Origin: an uncultured Solirubrobacterales bacterium
GTDB lineage: Bacteria > Actinomycetota > Thermoleophilia > Solirubrobacterales > 70-9
DNA length: 64,000 nucleotides
Direction of reading: 5' to 3'
Assembly: GCA_963730145.1 (NCBI GenBank)
Contig: CAVSQT010000006.1
Span: forward strand, 48,430-112,429
Positions 54,148 through 64,000 of the stretch are shown here, piece by piece. Below the pieces are notes generated by a model. That model had not been told where the DNA came from, made no database searches, and saw only the letters and a list, made by a program, of their open reading frames with translations. Every line of letters begins with the position of its first letter. Within the stretch, counting starts at the first letter, position 1. A program made the position numbers and the translations under genes.

Positions 54148-54813
54148 ATGAGCAAATCTCGCAAGGAGAGCGCTCTCGGTCGGGTCGCACGCGACCCGGT
54201 CTCGCGCCGGCGCTTCTTCGCCCTCACAGGCGGAACCACGGCAGCAGGCCTGCTCGTCGCATGCGGCGACGACGACGAGGAAGAGGCAGGCACCAGCACG
54301 ACTTCAACGACGACCGACGACGAGATGGCTTCGCAGTTCGGCGAAGGCGACGTCGGCATCGTCAACTACGCGCTGACGCTCGAGTACCTCGAGGCTCAGT
54401 TCTACTCCGACGTCGCCAAGAGCGGCCTGTTCAAGGGCGACGACCTCGCTCTGATCGAGGCCATCGGCCAAGCGGAGGAGGAGCACGTCGCTGCGCTCAC
54501 CGCGACGGCGAAGGATCTCGGCGGGACCCCCGCCAAGGCCCCCAAGGCTGAGTTCCCGCTCGACGACGCGAAGTCCGTACTCGATCTCGCGGCGACGGTC
54601 GAGAACCTCGGCGCGGCTGCCTATCTCGGCGCCGCGGCGATGATCGAGAGCCCCGACGTCCTCGCAGCAGCTCTCTCGATCCACTCGGTCGAGGGTCGCC
54701 ATGCGGCGGTGCTCAATGTCCTCATCGGCGCAGAGCCGACGCCCGACGGCGCCTTCGCCCAGGGTGCCGACATGCAGACCGTGCTGGATGAAGTCCAGCC
54801 GTTCCTCGCCTAG
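54148..54813 (+). CDS. Tat-signal lipoprotein with ferritin-like domain
   Basis: GGGAGG Shine-Dalgarno sequence, SRRRFFALTGG twin-arginine motif, lipobox LVAC, acidic/Thr linker, then NYALTLEYLEAQFY...EEEHVAAL...VEGRHAA. Confidence 0.7.
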   Translation: MSKSRKESALGRVARDPVSRRRFFALTGGTTAAGLLVACGDDDEEEAGTSTTSTTTDDEMASQFGEGDVGIVNYALTLEYLEAQFYSDVAKSGLFKGDDLALIEAIGQAEEEHVAALTATAKDLGGTPAKAPKAEFPLDDAKSVLDLAATVENLGAAAYLGAAAMIESPDVLAAALSIHSVEGRHAAVLNVLIGAEPTPDGAFAQGADMQTVLDEVQPFLA

Positions 54814-54839
54814 GCGACACGGAAAGCAGAAAGGAATCA

Positions 54840-55479
54840 ATGATGCATACCCCCAGAAATGCGGTAGCACCTGAGCTCGCTTCGATCGAGGTCGAAAACC
54901 TCAATCGCGGCACGTTCCTGATGCGCGGAGCTCTCGCGGCGGGCGCGCTCTATGGCGCCACAGCCATGAGCCCGATCCTCCGCAAGGCATTCGCGCAGGC
55001 GTCGATGGGCGATCTCGACATTCTCAATTTCGCCCTCACGCTCGAGTACCTCGAGGCCGCCTTCTACAAGGAGGGCGCCAACGTCAAGGGCCTTCCGCAG
55101 GAGGTCGCCGGCTACGTGAAGACGTTCGGCGGCGAGGAGCAGGAGCACGTCGATGCTCTCACGGCGACGATCACGGATCTCGGCGGCAAGCCCGTCAAGG
55201 CTCCTGGCGTCGATTTCGGTGATGCGTTCGCCAATGCGGACAACTTCATCCAGACCGCGATCACGTTCGAGGATCTCGGCGTCAGCGCCTACAACGGTGC
55301 TGCCCCGCAGATCGAAGACAAGGACCTGCTGGCCACCGCCGGCGGAATCGTCCAGGTCGAGGCTCGTCACGCGGCGACGATCCGCTTCGCGGCCGGAGAG
55401 GATCCCGCGCCCGGAGGCGTTCGATCCGAGCCTGACCGAGGACGAGGTCCTGAAGGCGGTCCAGCCCTTCCTCGCTTAG
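54840..55479 (+). CDS. Ferritin-like domain protein, paralogue of 54148-54813 (one frameshift near 55405)
   Basis: NFALTLEYLEAAFY...EQEHVDAL...VEARHAA. The C-terminus EVLKAVQPFLA matches the paralogue ending EVQPFLA. Confidence 0.7.
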
Positions 55480-55495
55480 GGCTGCGTCGGCACTC

Positions 55496-55925
55496 ATGAT
55501 TGCCAGGGAAGCCAGCGACGGTCGGGGCTCCTCCGCTCGGAGGAGCCCCGTCGCCGTCCTCGCCGCCTGCGTAACGCTGGCGCTTGGCGGCGGCGTGGCG
55601 ATCGGATGCGGCGGACGACGAGGAGCCGACCACGGCCGCCGCCGAGACCACCACAACCGAGGAGACCTCGGCGCAGGAGACCGACGCGATCGAGATCTCG
55701 GACTTCAAGTTCGACCCCGAGACCGTCACCGTCGACGCCGGAACCGAGATCAGCTGGACCAACGGCGATCAGGCTCCTCACACGGCGACCGCCGACGACA
55801 GCTCCTTCGACACCGGCACGCTCGACCGCGACGACGACGCCACGGTGAAGTTCGACGAGCCGGGCACCTACTCCTACTACTGCAGATTCCACCCATTCAT
55901 GAAGGGCACCGTCGAGGTCTCCTAG
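55496..55925 (+). CDS. Cupredoxin (plastocyanin/amicyanin-like) lipoprotein (one frameshift near 55610)
   Basis: Lipobox-like AIGC, acidic/Thr linker, and type-1 copper ligands H (APHTAT) and C-x2-H-x2-M (YCRFHPFM). Confidence 0.75.
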
Positions 55926-55954
55926 ACCGCGATCGCCCAGAGAAGGAAGACAAG

Positions 55955-56164
55955 ATGCCGAACATCGGAGCACTCGAGATCGCGATCGTCGTGATCCTCG
56001 CCCTGATCGTTTTCGGACCGTCGAAGCTGCCTCAGCTTGCGCGCTCGGCCGGAAGTGGCCTGCGCGAGCTCAAGCAGGGGATCAGCGGTCACACCGACGG
56101 GCTCAAGGAGACCGTCGCCGCGATCGATCCGCGCGAGGCGAGCTCGGACCCAGCCGGGAGCTGA
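55955..56164 (+). CDS. tatA: Twin-arginine translocase subunit TatA/E
   Basis: 69 aa, with TM IAIVVILALIVFGPSKLPQL followed by an amphipathic helix. Confidence 0.85.
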   Translation: MPNIGALEIAIVVILALIVFGPSKLPQLARSAGSGLRELKQGISGHTDGLKETVAAIDPREASSDPAGS

Positions 56165-56186
56165 TCCGCAGCCAGGCGAGCTCGCG

Positions 56187-58432
56187 CTAGCGGCGCACGC
56201 GACGATTCTGTTTCGCCGCGCCCGTGCGTTTCGGCGCTGGTCACCTTGACGGCGACGTTGAGGCCTCGCTTGTTGTCCAGTGCGGCGCGTCCGATTCGAG
56301 TCAGCTTCAGCTTCACCGGCCTCTTCTTGCCGCCCGCCAGGTCGAAGCTTCCGCCGGCGACCTTGAACGACGCCTTCGCTCGGCCGCGCGAGCTGAGGAC
56401 CTTGACCGCGCCGTCGGCGCAGGTCTCGAACTGCGACGGGCACTTCACCTTGGCGACGACGTTGGCGCCCCGGAGCCGAAGCGGGCCCTGGGCGAGCTTC
56501 GCACGCGGGTCGCGGCCTTCGTAGTCGGGCGCGAGCTCATAGCCCTTCGGGAGGAACTTCGGAGCTGGAGCGCTGACCAGACCGTCGAGAGCTCCCGGGC
56601 GCTCGCGCACTGGCAGGCGCAGCTCGAGCTTCGAAACGGTCACGTCCTGCTGGTCGTCCGACTTGCGGCCATACGAGCTCAGCGCCGTCCCGGCTGAGTC
56701 GGCGGGCAGCAACTCGAGCTTGACCACGTGGCCTTCGTCGAAGTGCCAGCCGTTGGGGTGAAGCTGGAACACCTGCTTCGTCGGCCCGCCGCTGACGGGC
56801 CGCCAGAGCCCACGGGCGATGAGGCGCTCCTGGCCGTCGGGGGCAACATCGAGCAGGCGCGCTGCCACCTGCGAGGTGTCGCCGGGGAGGGTGAACTTGG
56901 CAATCACCGTCGGCGCGCCGAGCAACGTGAAGCCGCCGGCGGGAGCCGGCTCGAGGCGCAGGTTGACCGTTCCGGTCTGATCGGCGCCCGGCGCCTGGGC
57001 GCAGGCGCCGCCGCCCGTGACCGGATCGAACGTTGCCGCGATCGCGTTGTCGCCCGCGGTAGCGGCGATCGTCGCTTTCGGCTTCGACCTTGGCGCGGAT
57101 CTCACCCGGCGAGATCCGTGCCCAGGTCTTGGCCCGGTACGGGCCGCCTGGCGCAGCCGTGTTGGGACAGGTCTGCGTGAAGGCCTCGACACCGGTGAAC
57201 GGCTGCTCGCCCTCGTCCTTGACGAAGTGATCGAACCACTCCTCCTCCTTGGCTCGCAAGCTGTCGTTGACCGCGGCCTTGCTCGTGCTGCGCGGATGGC
57301 CCGCGATCTCGCCGAAGAACAGCGACATGGTCGCATCGGGGAAATTGCTTCGCACCTTGTTGTAGTAACGCACGACCTCGTCGGCTGGGAAGAGGTCGTC
57401 GGTGAAGCCGTTGGAGAAGAGGACTGGCGCGGGCTCGACGTCGCCGCCGATGTAATAGGCGGAGTGGTGCGAGGTGAGCTCGGCGAGAACCGCCTCGGCC
57501 TGCGGATTACCGTCATACGGCTCGCCCGCGTCGAGCAGCGCCTTCCAGCCGGTGAGATCTGCGCCGGCCGTGCCCGGCGGCGCGTAGAAGCCCGGTGCGC
57601 CCTGACCGGAGATGTAGAGACCGTTGACCAGCGACTCCTTCATCACGCCGAATCGGCCCTCATACGGCGCCTCGGCGACGTAGTCGAGCGTGCTGCCGTT
57701 GGGTGCGAGCGAGTACGCGAGATCGGACCAGGTGATGAACGGCGCCGCGGCGGCGATCTCCATCGGCGTGCCGTTGGGGCTGTTCCAAGCCGTGAGCGAC
57801 CCGTCGGGGAGCATCTTGCGATTGCGAAGCGTCGCCAGCGCGAGCGAGATGCCGCCGCCGTAGGACCCACCGATGGCGGCGATCTCGGTCGGGTCGATCA
57901 GCCCTTCATCGGCGAGCCGGCCGGCGAACTCCTGGGCGTCGCGGACTTCGTAGCGAGTGTCGTCGAGGCGGACGTAGCCGGCGGCACAGCCCGACGGGTC
58001 AGCGGCCTGGGCAGCGGTCGACCCGCACGACTCGCGAAAGCCTCGGGCCGTCATCGAGAAGGTCGCGTAGCCGCGGTCGAGCCACCGCTGCATGCTCGAG
58101 AGCCCGATCTTGCCGCCGCCGTAGCCGTGAAACAGCATCACGAGCGGATAGTTGCCGTCGCTGCCGGTGGCCGGCTCGGGCGGGAAGGCGACGTTGACGT
58201 CGAGCGGCACACCGTCGAACGCCTTGCTCGTCGAGCGCGGGCTGTCGGAGCCGCAGAAGCGCACGCCGTCGCTCTGCGCGTTGCAGGCGACATCGCCGCC
58301 GAGCACAGTCGGAATCGCGGCCTGCGCCACCTGCGGTGCGGCGAGTCCGACGAGCGCCGCGCCCAGCGCGATCACGTACTTCGTGCCCGCGGGCAGTCTT
58401 CCCAGCATCGTCCTTGCGCTCTCCTCTCCCAT
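56187..58432 (-). CDS. Secreted alpha/beta hydrolase, CocE/NonD (S15 peptidase)-like (two frameshifts)
   Basis: Signal ending AQA, LFHGYGGG, nucleophile elbow GGSYGG, and a large C-terminal beta domain. The basic C-terminus NRRVRR-stop (56187-56189) lies in a third frame. Confidence 0.6.
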
Positions 58433-58438
58433 CTGCGA

Positions 58439-59203
58439 TCAGCCCTCGCGCTTGACCTGCGAGCCGCCGACGATCGCGTCGGAGCCGTCGGCGAATCGGA
58501 CCCAGGCCTTGTTGCCGCCGTCGTAGTCGGGCGCCCAGAGGATCATCGTCGCCTCGTCGCGCTGCTCGGCGTCGGCCGGACCGACCGAGACCGGCTCTGA
58601 GCCCTCCTCGTCGAGGCCGCGCCAGATGCGGATGAACGGATTGCTCTCCCATTCCTCGCCGATCGTCGACGGCTCGCGATGGCCAGGGTGGATGCGGGTC
58701 TCGGGGGCGAGCTTCATCAGCTTGTCCATGATCGAGCTCTTGAGGTCGGCGAAGCCCGTCGCGCCCGGGGCGCGCGTGCCTCCAACCGTTCCCTTGAAGA
58801 GCACGTCGGCGGTGAGCACGTCGGTGTCGTCGATCTTCAGGGCGCAATGGTCGGCGCAGTGACCGGGAGTGTGGATGACCTCGATCCGCAGGCCCCCGCT
58901 CTCGATCACGTCACCCTCGGCGAAGGTCTCGGTGACCTTTCCGTCGAGCAGCTCGGCGGTCTTCTCGTGAGCGAGAATCGGGACGTCGAAGCGCGCGGCC
59001 AGCTCCTCCATCCCGAAGACGTGGTCCCAGTGATGATGGGTGAGCAGCAGATGGGTGATCTGCGTGCCCTCGCGCTCGGCGCGCTCGGCGAGCGGATCGG
59101 TGACACCGTTCGAGTCGACGAGGACCCCGCAGCCGCCTGGCTCGTCGTTGACGAGGTACGCGTTGGAGAGCCATTCCGCCTGCTCGACTCGCTGAAGAAT
59201 CAC
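58439..59203 (-). CDS. MBL-fold hydrolase (glyoxalase II-like; candidate S-formylmycothiol hydrolase)
   Basis: LLTHHHWDH metal motif and HTPGH. It lies immediately downstream of the class III alcohol dehydrogenase gene. Confidence 0.75.
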   Translation of the reverse strand: MILQRVEQAEWLSNAYLVNDEPGGCGVLVDSNGVTDPLAERAEREGTQITHLLLTHHHWDHVFGMEELAARFDVPILAHEKTAELLDGKVTETFAEGDVIESGGLRIEVIHTPGHCADHCALKIDDTDVLTADVLFKGTVGGTRAPGATGFADLKSSIMDKLMKLAPETRIHPGHREPSTIGEEWESNPFIRIWRGLDEEGSEPVSVGPADAEQRDEATMILWAPDYDGGNKAWVRFADGSDAIVGGSQVKREG

Positions 59204-59227
59204 GCTGTGCTTCCTTTCGTCCCGTGC

Positions 59228-60334
59228 CTAGTTGAACTCGATCACGCTGCGGATCCCGTCCTGGGCCTCCATCAGCTCGAAGCCGCGGTTGACCTCGTCG
59301 AGCGTGATCCGGTGTGAGATGAACGGCTCGACGTCGATCTCGCCCGCGAGGTAGCGGTCGACGAGCTTGGGCACGCCGTCGCGACCCTTGACGCCGCCGA
59401 AGGAAGAGCCGGCGACGCGGCGACCGGTGATCAACAGGCGAGGGACGACGTCGAGCGTCTCGCCCTTGCCGGCGACGCCGGCCATCGTCGCCAAGCCCCA
59501 GCCCATGCGTGCCGACTCGACGGCCTGGCGCATGACGGCGACGTTCCCGGTCGCCTCGAAGGTGTAATCGGCCCCGAAGCCGCCCGTCTCGGAGATGACC
59601 CAATCGACGATGTCATCGCCTCCCAACCTGGTCTCGGTCGCGCCCTGGCCCTTGGCGAGAGCGAGGCGGTCCTCGGAGAGATCGACGCAGATGATCCGAT
59701 CGGCGCCCTGAAGGCGACAGCCGGCGACGGCGCCGAGCCCGACCATGCCGGCGCCGAAGACGACACAGGTCGAGCCCTGCCTCACCTTGGCCGTGTTCAT
59801 CGCCGCGCCGAGACCGGTGGAGAGGCCGCAGGCAAACAGCGCCGCGCAGTCGAGCGAGGCTTCGGGGCTCACCTTGGCGAGCGCGATCTCCGGCATCACC
59901 GTGTACTCGGCGAAGGTCGAGGTGCCCATGAAGTGGCGGATCTCCTCGCCGTTTCGCTGCAGACGGGTGGTGCCGTCGGGCAGGTAGCCCTTGCCCTGCT
60001 GCTCGCGAATCGCCAGGCAGATGTTGGTCCGCTCGTCGACGCAGTGCACGCACTCGCGGCACTGCGGGCTGAACAGCGTGACGACGTGATCGCCGACGGC
60101 GAGCTCGTTCACGCCCGGCCCGACGGCCTCGACCACGCCGGCGCCCTCGTGACCGAGAACGGTTGGCGCGTACCCGGACGGGTCGACGCCCGAGGCCGTG
60201 TAGAGGTCGGTGTGACAGACGCCGCAGGCGACGAGACGTACCAAGGCCTCACCTTCCTTCGGATCGGTGAGGTCGACCTCCTGAACGACCAGGGGCTCAC
60301 CGAACTCCTCCAGCACCGCCGCTCGCATCTTCAT
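59228..60334 (-). CDS. Class III Zn alcohol dehydrogenase / S-(hydroxymethyl)mycothiol dehydrogenase-like
   Basis: Intact 368 aa ORF with GVCHTD, GHEGAG, the structural Zn Cys cluster CRECVHC...C, and GAGMVG. Confidence 0.85.
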   Translation of the reverse strand: MKMRAAVLEEFGEPLVVQEVDLTDPKEGEALVRLVACGVCHTDLYTASGVDPSGYAPTVLGHEGAGVVEAVGPGVNELAVGDHVVTLFSPQCRECVHCVDERTNICLAIREQQGKGYLPDGTTRLQRNGEEIRHFMGTSTFAEYTVMPEIALAKVSPEASLDCAALFACGLSTGLGAAMNTAKVRQGSTCVVFGAGMVGLGAVAGCRLQGADRIICVDLSEDRLALAKGQGATETRLGGDDIVDWVISETGGFGADYTFEATGNVAVMRQAVESARMGWGLATMAGVAGKGETLDVVPRLLITGRRVAGSSFGGVKGRDGVPKLVDRYLAGEIDVEPFISHRITLDEVNRGFELMEAQDGIRSVIEFN

Positions 60335-60448
60335 CGAGATCTCCCAGGTTGCCTACAAGCCGATCGTATTCGCCCGACGCGCTCGGCCGCCGTGCGGCGG
60401 TACGGAGCAGCGGCCGGACGGCCGCGGTATCTTGGGCTGGATCTTCGC

Positions 60449-62156
60449 GTGACCAGCTTCCCCCTTCTGGGCGCAGTAGAGCGTGCGCTCGTCGCCATCG
60501 CTGCGGCGCTCGGAGTCCTGCTAGCCGGGCCGCTGGCGCAGGACGCGAGGGCCGCCACCACGACTCCGGTGATCGCCGCCGCGGGCGACATCGCCTGCGA
60601 TCCGCTGTCCGCTTCATTCAACGGCGGTCTCGGCACGCCGACTGCGTGCCGCCAGCAGCACACCTCCGATCTGCTCGCCGGACGCGAGCTCGCCGCCGTG
60701 CTGCCGCTCGGCGACATCCAGTACGAGAACGCGGCGCTCTCCGCGTTTCAAGCCTCCTACCACCCGAGTTGGGGACGCTTCCAGGCGCTCACCCGGCCTG
60801 TGCCCGGCAACCACGAGTACACGACCGCCGGCGCCTCGGGCTACTTCGACTACTTCAACGGGCCCGGGCTGTTCGGCGGTCGCCGCCGGCGACCGCGACA
60901 AGGGCTACTACAGCTACGAGATCGCGAACTGGCATGTCGTCGCCCTGAACTCCAACTGCGCGCTGGTGGGCTGTGGCCCCGGCTCCGCCCAAGAGCAGTG
61001 GCTGCGAGCCGATCTCGCCGCCAACCCAAGCTCATGCCTGCTCGCCTACTGGCACCACCCGCGCTTCACCTCGGGAATCCACCCGCCGGCGACCGAGGTC
61101 TCGGCGCTCTGGGATGTGCTCTACGGCGCCGGCGCCGACGTGGTGCTCAACGGGCATGACCACCTCTACGAGCGGTTCGGACGCCAGGACCCGAGCGGCC
61201 GGCCTGACCCGGTGCGGGGGATTCGCCAGTTCACGGTCGGCACCGGCGGCAAGAGCCTGTACGCGGTGCGTCAGGTAGCCCGCAACAGCGGCGCGCGCGG
61301 GGCCGCATTCGGAGTGCTGCTGCTGACCCTCGAGCCAGATGGTTACGAGTGGCAGTTCGCAGCCGAGGGGGGCGCCAGTCTCGCCGACGCCGGCAGCGAC
61401 GTCTGCCAGGGCCCGGTCGCCGATTCGACCGCGCCGAGCTCTCCGCAAAGCCCGCAGGCGGCGATTGCGCCCGGCCGCGTGAGCCTGAGCTGGGCGGCGA
61501 GCAGCGATGACGACGGCGTCGGCGGCTACCGAGTGCTGCGAGACGGGATCGTCATCGCGAGCCGGACGACCGCGTCGTTCGTGGACACCTCGGTCGAGCC
61601 GGGCCGAAGCTACGAGTACCGGGTGCTCGCCGTCGACGGAAGCGGCAACCGCTCTCCGAGCTCGACGCCCGTGAACGTCACTGCCGTGACCACAGCACTG
61701 AGCTTCAGGCCGGTCGCGGACGCGGCGGTCGAATCGGCGAACCCGACCGTCAACTACGGAGCCACGAGCGCGCTCAAGGTCGACGCGGCCCCCGCCCAGG
61801 ACTCGCTGATCAGGTTCACGGTGGAGGGAGTCGGCACACGCCCGGTGACGAGCGCCAAGCTGCGTCTGCGAAACACCAACCCCTCACCCCGAGGGGGCGA
61901 CATCCGGGTCACAGACAACGCCTGGCAAGAGGGGATCGTGACGTGGCAGAGCGCCCCGCCTTCCCCGGGCGCCGTGCTCTCCTCGCTGGGGCCGGTCACG
62001 GCCGGCGGCTGGTACGAGCTCGACTTGGGCTCGGCGATCACGGGTGACGGCACCTACAGCTTCCGCCTCAGCTCCCCGAGTGGCGACGGCGCCGACTACT
62101 CCTCTCGTGAGGCGGGCGCCAGTGTCAGCCCACAGCTCGTGCTCGGTGTGGGCTGA
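60449..62156 (+). CDS. Secreted calcineurin-like metallophosphoesterase with FN3 and a C-terminal beta-sandwich (DNRLRE-like) domain (one frameshift near 60880)
   Basis: GTG start plus signal. GDIACD, GDIQYE, GNHEY, NGHDHLYER. An FN3-like stretch VSLSWAASSDDDGVGGYRV...YEYRV, then PVADAAVESANPTVNYG...LIRF. Confidence 0.75.
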
Positions 62157-62206
62157 ACGACCGTTGGCCGTCGGCTGCCGCGCGTCGATCGGCCACAATC
62201 CTCCAC

Positions 62207-62279
62207 GGGCGGTTAGCTCAGTTGGGAGAGCAACGCGTTTACACCGCGTAGGTCGCCGGTTCGAGCCCGGCACCGCCCA
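62207..62279 (+). tRNA. tRNA-Val (anticodon UAC)
   Basis: Perfect acceptor GGGCGGT/ACCGCCC, D arm GCTC/GAGC, anticodon arm ACGCG-TTTACAC-CGCGT, T arm GCCGG-TTCGAGC-CCGGC. Confidence 0.9.
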
Positions 62280-62326
62280 TCGATTCGACTCGCGATTGGC
62301 ATGCGTGCCGCGCGGGTAGGCTTCTC

Positions 62327-62608
62327 GTGATGGGCAAGGTGCTCTACATCCCCTTCAGCATCGCCTCCGGGTTTGCCGCCGGTTTCCTCGGCAAGAAGGT
62401 GTTCGAGGCACTCTGGGGCGTGGTCGACGATCAAGAGCCGCCCCAGCCCGAGCATCGCGAGGCGAACCTGCCGAAGCTGGTCGTCGCGCTGGCGTTGCAG
62501 GGAGCGATCTTCACGCTCGCGCGCGGGCTCACCGAGCGCGGCTTTCGCAGGGGCTTCTATCGCGCGACGGGCTCGTGGCCGGGCGACGAGCGCCCGGAAA
62601 CGGTCTGA
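62327..62608 (+). CDS. DUF4235-like small membrane protein
   Basis: LYIPFSIASGFAAGFLGKKVFEALW...LQGAIFTLARGL...TGSWPGD, matching my recollection of that family. Confidence 0.65.
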   Translation: MMGKVLYIPFSIASGFAAGFLGKKVFEALWGVVDDQEPPQPEHREANLPKLVVALALQGAIFTLARGLTERGFRRGFYRATGSWPGDERPETV

Positions 62609-63363
62609 GAGCTCGCTTCGAGCAGCAGCTCGGCGATCAGCTCGGGATCGTCCCAGGTCGGCGTGTGGCCGACGTCCTCGAGCTCGACGTAGCGGGCGCC
62701 CGGAGGCATCCGCTCGGACCTCGGAGCCCGCACCAGCCGATCCTCCGTGCCCCAGGCGACCGTCGTCGGCACGGTGACGAGCTCGGGGTTCTCGAACACG
62801 TGTGAGCGCATTTCGGCGTTGGCGGCGCCGTAGCCCTCGGAGTTGAGCCAGTCGTAGATCACCGCCTTGGCCTCGGCGCGGCTGAGGTTCTGCGGGCGCG
62901 CCACCGTGGTCCGAAGCAGGCGCGTGCGAACCCGCTTCAAGCTGATCAGCGCGCCGAGCAGCGGACGCAGCTTGCGGGCGGCGCCGTGAGAATCGTAGGC
63001 GCGGGCCCCCAGCGGCTCGCGCCAGAGCCCGGCGGGGGAGATGGTGCAGACGCTCGCCGCGCCACCCGCCTTGGCGATCTCCAGGGCCGCCCAGCCGCCG
63101 AGCGAGTTACCCGCGACATGGGGCCGCTCGATCCCCAGCGAAGCGCAGTGGGCGCTGACCGCGGCGCCGAGGTTGGCGGCGGTGGGAGCAACGCCTTCGG
63201 GCAGGACCGGCGAGTCGCCGAAGCCGGGCAGGTCGACGGCGATGACGTCACGCTCGGCAGCGAGCCGGCTCATCACCGGCGCCCAGACGCGCTTCGATCC
63301 ACCGAGGCCGTGAATCAGGACGAGAGGCTCGCCTGAGCCTCGACGGGTGTGGCTGAGGGCCAT
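62557..63363 (-). CDS. Alpha/beta-fold hydrolase
   Basis: From MALSHTRRGSG. LVLIHGLGGS, nucleophile elbow GNSLGG, and a C-terminal His in DVGHTP. There is a convergent 52-nt overlap with the DUF4235 gene. Confidence 0.75.
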   Translation of the reverse strand: MALSHTRRGSGEPLVLIHGLGGSKRVWAPVMSRLAAERDVIAVDLPGFGDSPVLPEGVAPTAANLGAAVSAHCASLGIERPHVAGNSLGGWAALEIAKAGGAASVCTISPAGLWREPLGARAYDSHGAARKLRPLLGALISLKRVRTRLLRTTVARPQNLSRAEAKAVIYDWLNSEGYGAANAEMRSHVFENPELVTVPTTVAWGTEDRLVRAPRSERMPPGARYVELEDVGHTPTWDDPELIAELLLEASSQTVSGRSSPGHEPVAR

Positions 63364-64000
63364 CCGTTCTCCTCGGCGAGCCATCCGGGCTTCGCCAACA
63401 CGATCTGGAGGTCGCGAATCCGCCGCTCGCGAAAGCCGCCCTCCGAGAAAGCGAGATAGAAGTTCCACAAGCGCCGGAAGCGCTCGTCGTACCCGAGCTT
63501 GGCGAGGCCCGGCGCGGCATCGTTGTAGCGCTCACGCCAGATCTCCAGGGTGCGCGCGTAGTGGCCGGTGATGTCTTCGACCGTGGTCGCCGGCATCCCA
63601 TTGCGGGCCGCCAGCTGCGGTGATCAGCCCAAGCGACGGTAGACAGCCGCCGGGGAACACGTGTGTGTTGGCAAAGCTCTTCGATGCCTTCTCGACCTCG
63701 TAGGCGTCGTCCTCGATCGTGATCGCCTGCAGGAACATCGCGCCGCCCGGCCGGGTCAGCTGCGAGCACTTGGCAAAGAAGTCGTCGAAGTACTGCCAGC
63801 CCACGGCCTCGATCATCTCGATCGAGACGAGCTTGTCGTAGCTGCCTTCGAGGTCGCGGTAGTCGCGCAACAGGACCTCGATCCGATCGCTGAGGCCTTC
63901 CTTGCGAACCCGCTCGACGGCATACGCGTGTTGCTCGCGCGAGATCGTCGTCGTCGTCACGCGACAGCCGCGCGTCGCCGCGGCGTGCACAGCAAGCCCG
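63315..64000 (-). CDS. Cyclopropane-fatty-acyl-phospholipid synthase family methyltransferase, N-terminus outside the window, one frameshift
   Basis: VSIEMIEAVG, FFAKCSQLTRPGGAMFLQAI, VFPGGCLPS, WRERYN...FRRLWNFYLAFSEGGF. Confidence 0.8.

Noticed and set aside
62557-62608. A 52-nt convergent overlap of the DUF4235 gene and the alpha/beta hydrolase gene, and a 19-nt kinase/regulator overlap at 2439-2457, considered as possible antisense regulation.
   Set aside because: Given the indel rate, either C-terminus may be artificially extended. Nothing beyond the overlap itself supports a regulatory role.

Overview
This 64 kb window is very GC-rich (about 70%). The gene content looks actinobacterial, possibly Thermoleophilia- or Rubrobacteria-like; that lineage guess rests only on gene content and style. 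Gene density is high and most genes are on the minus strand.

Content:
- Nearly the whole de novo purine pathway is present: purH, purN, purF, purL, purQ, purS, purC, purB, purE and purD.
- The HspR heat-shock regulon is present as dnaK-grpE-dnaJ-hspR plus clpB.
- There is a phosphatidylinositol module (CDP-alcohol phosphatidyltransferase plus ino1).
- Housekeeping genes include recQ, nth, argF, lgt, tatA, tRNA-Glu(UUC) and tRNA-Val(UAC).

Two things stand out.
1. A family of five paralogous PAPS-type sulfotransferases, three paralogous GT4 glycosyltransferases and one exported Cys-type sulfatase is physically interleaved with the pur sub-operons. Its core is an eight-gene array at 14050-22615, wedged between purQ and purL and coupled to purQ by a GTGA stop/start overlap.
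2. A PimA-like GT4 enzyme is translationally fused to a PHP phosphoesterase domain just downstream of the PIP-synthase/ino1 pair. This makes it a candidate for the unassigned PIP phosphatase step.

Caveat: many clearly essential genes are split over two or three reading frames, with at least about 55 frame changes (roughly 1 per kb). This looks like indel error in the assembly rather than biology. For such genes I give envelope coordinates reconstructed by following the conserved protein text across frames.

I recognised no CRISPR array, transposase, integrase or prophage genes. All family calls rest on motifs read by eye, not on database searches.
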